A stretch of 64,000 nt of DNA from a bacterium (lineage in GTDB: Bacteria; Patescibacteriota; Microgenomatia; Curtissbacterales; GWA2-41-24): positions 45,193 to 109,192 of the forward strand of contig JAKAJD010000003.1 in the NCBI GenBank assembly GCA_021813945.1, written 5' to 3'. A model generated the notes under the pieces. The model ran no database searches and was not told the DNA's origin. It saw only the letters and a list, made by a program, of their open reading frames with translations. The position numbers and the translations under genes are program-made. The stretch's first letter is position 1; every line of letters begins with the position of its first letter. Positions 57,925 through 64,000 of the stretch are shown here, piece by piece.

Positions 57925-59157
57925 ATGTTATTTTTACCAAAACCCTATGTCAAGGTTTTGTCCCGCCGGGATTTTTTCATTCTGACGCTTGTAATTTTGA
58001 TTGGCCAGATTGCGTCTGCCTTTCTGGTCCTTTCTCTTATAGTTTCAGTTTTTGCGAAAACCGGAAGTAATCTTGGTGTTTCCGGAGTTATCTTGTCGTT
58101 TGCGGTGCCTGCCTTTCTTTTAATGGCGTTTTCCGGGCTATTGGCGGATATTTTCGATCGTAAAAAGACGATTGTTGTTGCCAATACGATTATCGCTTTT
58201 GTGGTTTTTATAATACTTTTAACCGAGAAAGTAGTTTATGCTTCGATTCCACTTTCGTTTTTGTACTTTGCCGGCAATTCTTTTTTCATTCCGGCTTCTT
58301 CTGCTGCTACCGCCCAACTTGTCAGGCGCAGTCAACTTTTGATTGCTAATACGATTTTTATATTTGTTTTGGCGGGGGGAGTAATATTCGGATTCTTTGC
58401 AGCTTCCCTCATACAGTACTTTTTTGACAATTCGGCAACTCTTATTGTTTGCGAGATACTGCTTATTTTGGCGGTTATCTTTTCGCTTCTTTTGCCGTCT
58501 TTGCCGCCAAGGCGTGCCAAGACAATTTCATTTTTTAAGGCTATGGATCATGTTAAGAGGGGATTTGTCTATATAATGAAAGCCAAAATCGTTTGGCTTT
58601 TCTTTTTGTCATTTGCGGCAATGCAAGGAGTTATAGTTTTTGCCGGAACGCTGGCCCCCGGTTTTTTTCGCGACATTGTGGGGCTTCCAATTAACACTTC
58701 ACCGGTTTTTATTTTGCCGCCAATTGGGGTAGGAGTTGCTACCGCAGTTCTTATTATCAACCGGATTAAAAACAGGGAAGGGATGTTGGTTTCTTTGGGA
58801 ATTTGGACACTTGGGGTTGCCCTTTTGACTTTAGGACTTATGATAAAGCTTCATCTGACAATAGATGGCCTTTTAATCTTGTTTTTGGTACCATTTTTAT
58901 TTCTTTTGGGGCTTGGGATGATGATTATTATGATTGCATCCCGAACGGTAATCCAAAAGAGTGTGCGACATGAGCATCAAGGGACAGTTTTTGGGGCAAA
59001 TATAATTTTGGCTTCGTTTTTGGCGGTTTTAATGTCACCGCTTGCGGTTTTGATGCAGGGAATTTTTGGTTATGTGAACCTGATTATCCTAGGTGGGGCG
59101 CTTTTTTTGGCTGCTTCTTTGGTTTTTGCCCATATTGGCAATAGATGGAAATTTTAA
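57925..59157 (+). CDS. MFS transporter
   Basis: About 12 TMs, G..AD.FDRK motif A. Confidence 0.88.
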   Translation: MLFLPKPYVKVLSRRDFFILTLVILIGQIASAFLVLSLIVSVFAKTGSNLGVSGVILSFAVPAFLLMAFSGLLADIFDRKKTIVVANTIIAFVVFIILLTEKVVYASIPLSFLYFAGNSFFIPASSAATAQLVRRSQLLIANTIFIFVLAGGVIFGFFAASLIQYFFDNSATLIVCEILLILAVIFSLLLPSLPPRRAKTISFFKAMDHVKRGFVYIMKAKIVWLFFLSFAAMQGVIVFAGTLAPGFFRDIVGLPINTSPVFILPPIGVGVATAVLIINRIKNREGMLVSLGIWTLGVALLTLGLMIKLHLTIDGLLILFLVPFLFLLGLGMMIIMIASRTVIQKSVRHEHQGTVFGANIILASFLAVLMSPLAVLMQGIFGYVNLIILGGALFLAASLVFAHIGNRWKF

Positions 59158-60257
59158 GCCTAAATTTAGGGAATTATCGGAACTTTTCTTCCAAGAAATT
59201 GGTTTTCGATCCAAAACTAACTGTAATAGTTGGGCCAAATGGCGTTGGTAAAAGTAATGTTTTGGAAGCGGTAGGAATGCTTTCCGGGATTAGGCCCACT
59301 AAGGCCGAAAGTGATATGGATTTGGTGCGTTTTGGGCAAGAAACGGCCAAAGTAGAAGGGAAAGTTGTTTCGGGTGAAGAAGAGAGGAATTTGGTGGTCA
59401 ATTTTCAAATTACGGAAGCTGGCAGAGTGGGGAAATCCTTTTATATCGATTCTTTTAAGAAGCGACTTTTCGATTTTGTGGAAGTTTTTTCAATTGTAAT
59501 TTTTGAGCCGGCGGATTTGGATTTGGTTTCCGGATCTCCTTCACTTCGGCGAAAACATTTGGACAGATTTTTATCTTCTTTGGATAGCAGGTATTGGAGG
59601 AGCGTTTCGGCTTACGGCAAGATTGTGACTCGACGGAATAAGATACTTTTGCGGATCCAGGAGGGTAAATCTAAACCATTGGAGCTTGGGTTTTGGGATG
59701 AGAGGCTTCTTTCCCATGGGAAATATATTAGTAAAGTCAGGGAGGATTTTTTTCAATATTTGAATTTTGTGAGCTTGGGAGAAGGTCTTTCCCGCCAAGC
59801 GAAGGTCAGGCCTTTGCGAAAGAAAGATTCAGGTTTAAGGCCTGACCTTAAGCTGGGAAGCAAGGGTTACTTTTGGGAGCTGAAGCAAAGCTTGATCTCG
59901 GAGGAAAAGTTAGCGGCAAATAGGGATCGCGATATTGCGGCAGGAGTTACGCTTTCCGGCCCGCATAGGGATGATTTCCGCTTTAAATTTAAAGACCGGG
60001 ATTTGGAGTTTTTCGGGTCACGTGGTGAACAGAGAATGGCTGTTTTGGCCTTGAAATTGGCAGAGCTTGAATACGTTAAGGTTAAAAAGGGAGAAAGGCC
60101 GGTTTTGGCACTGGACGATATTTTTTCGGAGCTGGACTGGGAGCACAGGGAAACAGTTATATCTGTCATTTCTAATCAGCAAACGATAATTACAGCAGCA
60201 GAAAAGGAAAGTATTCCAAAGGAAATCTTCAAAAAAGCAAAGATTGTGGAGATTTAA
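59145..60257 (+). CDS. recF: DNA replication/repair protein RecF
   Basis: GPNGVGKSN.LEA, GPHRDD, GSRGEQR, LDDIFSELD. Confidence 0.96.
   Translation: MEILSLNLGNYRNFSSKKLVFDPKLTVIVGPNGVGKSNVLEAVGMLSGIRPTKAESDMDLVRFGQETAKVEGKVVSGEEERNLVVNFQITEAGRVGKSFYIDSFKKRLFDFVEVFSIVIFEPADLDLVSGSPSLRRKHLDRFLSSLDSRYWRSVSAYGKIVTRRNKILLRIQEGKSKPLELGFWDERLLSHGKYISKVREDFFQYLNFVSLGEGLSRQAKVRPLRKKDSGLRPDLKLGSKGYFWELKQSLISEEKLAANRDRDIAAGVTLSGPHRDDFRFKFKDRDLEFFGSRGEQRMAVLALKLAELEYVKVKKGERPVLALDDIFSELDWEHRETVISVISNQQTIITAAEKESIPKEIFKKAKIVEI
59802..59849. repeat. 13-bp inverted-repeat element inside recF
   Basis: AAGGTCAGGCCTT-N22-AAGGCCTGACCTT (perfect inverted repeat). Confidence 0.85.
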
Positions 60258-60347
60258 ATTTTGCGGTAATTATGCCCTTCACTTTGTTCAGGGTAAACTT
60301 CCCCAAAATCTTGATAAACTGCGTCATTTAACGCATAATAAACGCAC

Positions 60348-61421
60348 ATGTATTCTCCGAAATATTCTGTTTCCAACCTCATTCTCAAATACATCGGAAA
60401 GATAGAAGGTTCCAAGGAAATTATTGAAAATGCGCCTCTGGTGCCGGCATATGAGGCTAAATTTCGTCAAGAAGCGATAATTCGCACGGTCCATCACGGA
60501 ACTCATATTGAAGGAAACGCTTTGGATACGGGGGAAGTGGCAGCGGTTTTGGAAGGGTCGGAAATTTCGGCGAGGGATCGGGATATACAGGAAGTATTGA
60601 ATTATAGGGAGGTACTTAAATTTATCGATAAGAGAAAGGAACCAGGTTCCAGAGACCAGAGACTAGATTATTCGGAGAAGGATTTGCTGACGATTCATAA
60701 GCTGACTGTAGATAAGGTTTTGCCCGCTGATCGATCGGGGCAGTTCAGATCCACACAAGTCGTTGTCAAAAACAGCAAAACAGGCGAAATTAGCTTTAAA
60801 CCGCCCGAAGCGGATAAGGTCAAAGCACTAGTTTCTGACTTTTTGGATTGGCTAAATTCTAAAGATGCTGAAGATGTGCACCCGGTTTTAAAGGCGGGTA
60901 TTACGCATTATGTTTTGGCGTATATCCATCCTTTTGTAGACGGAAACGGCAGGACCTCTCGTGCTTTTGCAACTTTGGTTCTTTTTCGCGAAGGTTACGA
61001 CGTTAAGAAATTCTTTTCGATTGAAGAATATTTTGACAGAAACGCCAAAAGATACTATGAAACTTTGCAGGAAGTTTCTAATCAAAAAGTCGAAAGTCTT
61101 TCCGATCGCAATTTAACGGGCTGGCTCGAGTATTTTTGCGAAGGTTTGGCAGAGGAATTGGAAAGGGTAAAGCAAAGAGTTCAAAAATTGTCTCTCGATA
61201 CGAAGCTAAAGGGAAGAACTGGGCAGATAGTGCTTTCGGAAAGACAGGTTAAACTGGTTGAGTATATTGAGGCGAATGGGTCGGTTAATAACAAGCAATG
61301 GCGGTCAATCCTTCGCGATTTTTCCGACGACACAATTTTGCGCGATCTCAAAGATTTGCAAAAGAAAAAACTGGTAAAAAAGAAAGGCAGCACAAAAGGT
61401 GCTGTATATGTTTTGAGATGA
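60348..61421 (+). CDS. Fic-domain protein with C-terminal HTH
   Basis: THIEGN, HPFVDGNGRTSR, 'T..RDL..L' HTH. Confidence 0.93.
   Translation: MYSPKYSVSNLILKYIGKIEGSKEIIENAPLVPAYEAKFRQEAIIRTVHHGTHIEGNALDTGEVAAVLEGSEISARDRDIQEVLNYREVLKFIDKRKEPGSRDQRLDYSEKDLLTIHKLTVDKVLPADRSGQFRSTQVVVKNSKTGEISFKPPEADKVKALVSDFLDWLNSKDAEDVHPVLKAGITHYVLAYIHPFVDGNGRTSRAFATLVLFREGYDVKKFFSIEEYFDRNAKRYYETLQEVSNQKVESLSDRNLTGWLEYFCEGLAEELERVKQRVQKLSLDTKLKGRTGQIVLSERQVKLVEYIEANGSVNNKQWRSILRDFSDDTILRDLKDLQKKKLVKKKGSTKGAVYVLR
60642..60669 (+). repeat. Degenerate heptamer repeat in the Fic gene
   Basis: CCAGGTT CCAGAGA CCAGAGA CTAGATT, encoding PGSRDQRLD. Confidence 0.65.
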
Positions 61422-63229
61422 AATTTGCAAAATTAGCGGATTATTACGAAAAACTGGAAGCGACGAGTAAGCGGTTGGAGCTTGTGGATATTTTGTCCAA
61501 GCTTTTTGCGGAAGCGGAAAATGCGGAAATCGGCAAGATTTGTTATTTGATTCAGGGAAGGGTGGCGCCGTTTTATATGCCTGTTGAGCTTGGAATGGCA
61601 GAATCCATGGTTGCGCAGGCAATTGCCAAGGCGTATGACAAAACGAAAGATGAGGTTATTAAATCGTACCGACATTTAGGGAATATTGGTTTGGCTGCTC
61701 AAGAGTTGGCAAAAAGCCATAAAGCTTCGGCGAATTTATCTGTTAGTGACGTGTTTGGCGGGCTTAGAAAAATTGCGGATTTGGGTGGGGAAGGATCGGT
61801 AGAAAAAAAGATATCGACGCTTGCCCAAATATTAAAAGATTTGGATTCTGTTTCCGTTAAGCATGTTGTGAATATTCCGATTGGAACATTAAGGCTGGGG
61901 ATTGGCGATCCAACAGTTATGGATGCATTGTCGCTTGCCAAAACAGGTGACAAAAAACTGCGGCCAGTAATTGAGGATGCGTATAACAAAACTTCGGACC
62001 TTGGATATGTTGCCGAGGAGTTTTTCAAACATGGAGAAAAAGGGCTTGAGACTGTCAAATTAATTGTCGGAAAACCGGTTAGGCCGGCGCTTGCGGAGAG
62101 GATGCCGAATGCAGATGAGGTTGTAAAGAGAATGGGGGACAAATTTGCTGCTGAGCCGAAATTTGACGGATTTCGGGTGCAAATACATTTGGATCGCAGT
62201 GTAAAGGCCATGCCTTTGGGCACGGCTGTATCTGAGTTAAGGCCTGGCCTTAAGCTTGGCGCAGATAGTCAACAGGTTAAGATTTTCTCCCGGAACCTCG
62301 AAGACATGACCCATTCATTCCCGGATTTGGCAGAAGGAGTCCTTAAAGAAGTCAAAGCAAAATCGGTGATTATGGAAGGTGAAGCAATTGCCTACAATCC
62401 CCAAACTGAAGAGTTTTTGCCTTTTCAGGAAACAACAAAACGCAGGCGCAAGTACAAAATCGAAGAAACTGCAAAAGCGCTGCCTCTAGCGTGTTTTGCG
62501 TTTGATATTTTGTATCTGGACGGGAAGGATATAACCAGTAAAACTGAGGTTGAACGAAGAAAATTACTCGAGCGGGTTGTATCCAAAAACAATCAGGTGA
62601 TTCGAATTGCCGAGCATAGAGTAATTTCCACCGCAAAACAAATCCACGAGTTTTTTAACGAGGCAATTTCAGACGGACTTGAGGGGCTTATGATCAAAAA
62701 ACTGGACTCTCCATATAAAGCAGGTGGGCGGGGGTTCCATTGGATTAAGTTTAAGCGTGCTTCCAGCGGTGATTTAACAGATACAGTGGATTGTGTGCTT
62801 TTGGGAATTTATACGGGAAGAGGAAAAAGGACGGAATTTGGAGTTGGTGGGCTTTTGGTTGGGATCTACAACGACAAAACAGACGAGTTTGAGACGATTT
62901 CCAGGATCGGAACAGGTTTGACGGATGAAGAATTTAGAAAAGTTAATGAAATCGGCAAGCAATTGAGGGTGGAGCATAAACCGGCGCGGGTGAAATCGAA
63001 AATTGAACCAAGCTATTGGGTGGAACCGGAGGAAGTTTTGGAAATTTATGCCGACGAAATTACCAAATCGCCGATCCATACGGCGGGTTGGGATGAAAAA
63101 ACAGGAACAGGATATGCGCTGCGATTTCCGCGGCTTGTTAAATTCCGTGAGAAAGATAAAAGAGCAGAGGATGCAACGACGGTTGAGGAATTAAAAAGAT
63201 TATTTGCGAATCAATACGGAAAAAAGTAG
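61418..63229 (+). CDS. lig: ATP-dependent DNA ligase (archaeal/eukaryal type with DNA-binding domain)
   Basis: EPKFDGFR, EGE, FDILY, EGLMIK, WIKFK, LRFPR; ATG 61418 overlaps the Fic stop. Confidence 0.95.
   Translation: MKFAKLADYYEKLEATSKRLELVDILSKLFAEAENAEIGKICYLIQGRVAPFYMPVELGMAESMVAQAIAKAYDKTKDEVIKSYRHLGNIGLAAQELAKSHKASANLSVSDVFGGLRKIADLGGEGSVEKKISTLAQILKDLDSVSVKHVVNIPIGTLRLGIGDPTVMDALSLAKTGDKKLRPVIEDAYNKTSDLGYVAEEFFKHGEKGLETVKLIVGKPVRPALAERMPNADEVVKRMGDKFAAEPKFDGFRVQIHLDRSVKAMPLGTAVSELRPGLKLGADSQQVKIFSRNLEDMTHSFPDLAEGVLKEVKAKSVIMEGEAIAYNPQTEEFLPFQETTKRRRKYKIEETAKALPLACFAFDILYLDGKDITSKTEVERRKLLERVVSKNNQVIRIAEHRVISTAKQIHEFFNEAISDGLEGLMIKKLDSPYKAGGRGFHWIKFKRASSGDLTDTVDCVLLGIYTGRGKRTEFGVGGLLVGIYNDKTDEFETISRIGTGLTDEEFRKVNEIGKQLRVEHKPARVKSKIEPSYWVEPEEVLEIYADEITKSPIHTAGWDEKTGTGYALRFPRLVKFREKDKRAEDATTVEELKRLFANQYGKK
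62204..62251. repeat. 13-bp inverted-repeat element inside the ligase
   Basis: AAGGCCATGCCTT-N22-AAGGCCTGGCCTT (one mismatch). Confidence 0.8.
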
Positions 63230-64000
63230 TGGATTGCGCCAAATTAGCCAAACAAATTCGGGTTAAAGAGAAGGATCTTAAGGCGGTTTTAGACTATATA
63301 GAAGATTATTGGCCGAAGCTTGTAAGAGAACACAAGGATGATTTGCGAAGTTTAATCGGTCTTCCAAATCCATATATTGTGCCGGGCGGTGATGATACTT
63401 TTCAGGAGCAGTATTATTGGGACAGTTTTCCGATTATCCGCGCCTTAATAAATCACCCTAAGTATTCAAAATTAGCAATTGGGATGGTGGAGAATCTTCT
63501 TTATCTGGTAAAGCGCTTTGGAATTGTGCCAAACGCTTCACGATATTATTTTCTTTCGCGGTCGCAACCACCGACGCTTTCCAGTATGGTTTTTATAGTT
63601 TTCAACAAGACAAAGGATAAAAAATGGTTTGCCGATGCTATCAAATTGGTTGAAGAAGAATATAACGACGTCTGGATGGGCAAAATCCATTTGAGAAATT
63701 TCAGAAATGTGTACAAGGGATTGTCTCGCTACTATGACATTAATGCTATGCATGTTCTGGCGGAGGCGGAAAGCGGATGGGATATGTCGGCGAGGTTTAT
63801 GGACAAGTGCATGGATATTTTGCCTGTCGATTTGAACTGCCTTTTGTATAAATACGAAGAGGATTTAGCTAAAGCTTGGGAAATTTTGGGTTCTTTGGAA
63901 AAGAGTGAGAAATACAAAAAGTTAAAGAGTGAGAGAGTAAAAGTTATAAACAAGTTGATGTGGAATAAACGTGGGGGATACTTTTTTGACTACGATTGGG
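63229..64000 (+). CDS. Trehalase (GH37), N-terminal part, runs off window end
   Basis: Manual translation: LPNPYIVPGG, EQYYWDS, PNASR.Y..SRSQPP, AESGWD, PVDLN. Confidence 0.9.
   Translation, partial: MDCAKLAKQIRVKEKDLKAVLDYIEDYWPKLVREHKDDLRSLIGLPNPYIVPGGDDTFQEQYYWDSFPIIRALINHPKYSKLAIGMVENLLYLVKRFGIVPNASRYYFLSRSQPPTLSSMVFIVFNKTKDKKWFADAIKLVEEEYNDVWMGKIHLRNFRNVYKGLSRYYDINAMHVLAEAESGWDMSARFMDKCMDILPVDLNCLLYKYEEDLAKAWEILGSLEKSEKYKKLKSERVKVINKLMWNKRGGYFFDYDW

Noticed and set aside
61298-61417. N-terminal extension of the ligase in the ORF track
   Set aside because: It overlaps the Fic gene; ATG at 61418 gives a typical MKF start coupled to the Fic stop.

Overview
A 64-kb, AT-rich, gene-dense bacterial chromosome segment in the standard genetic code (TGA is used as stop). 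Gene content suggests a Patescibacteria/CPR genome, probably Microgenomates-like (inference, not a database result): many GT-C/GT2/GT4 glycosyltransferases, a VirD4/HerA-like ATPase, an archaeal-type ATP-dependent ligase and cytidylate kinase, a stand-alone 5'-3' exonuclease and many ORFans. It carries a glycosylation/membrane cluster, trxB, an Rrf2-led SUF Fe-S island, rpiB, a two-component pair, fba, an aquaporin, nadK, a complete F1Fo atp operon preceded by two different carbonic anhydrases, a Xer recombinase, three tRNAs (including the rare Ile-UAU), trpS, ftsH, mutM, recF, a Fic protein, a ligase and a trehalase. No rRNA, CRISPR array or intact transposase was seen. The most striking unannotated structures are: (1) four tandem, aromatic-codon-rich leader-peptide attenuators in 45.1-47.8 kb that front non-biosynthetic genes and trpS; (2) a 13-bp inverted-repeat element with a compensatory change, inserted in frame in sufC, recF and the ligase; (3) a repeated covarying ATATCAG...CTGATAT hairpin family and candidate ncRNA; (4) 7-bp tandem repeats inside and between genes; (5) a CsoSCA-like and a small beta-type carbonic anhydrase at the head of the atp operon.
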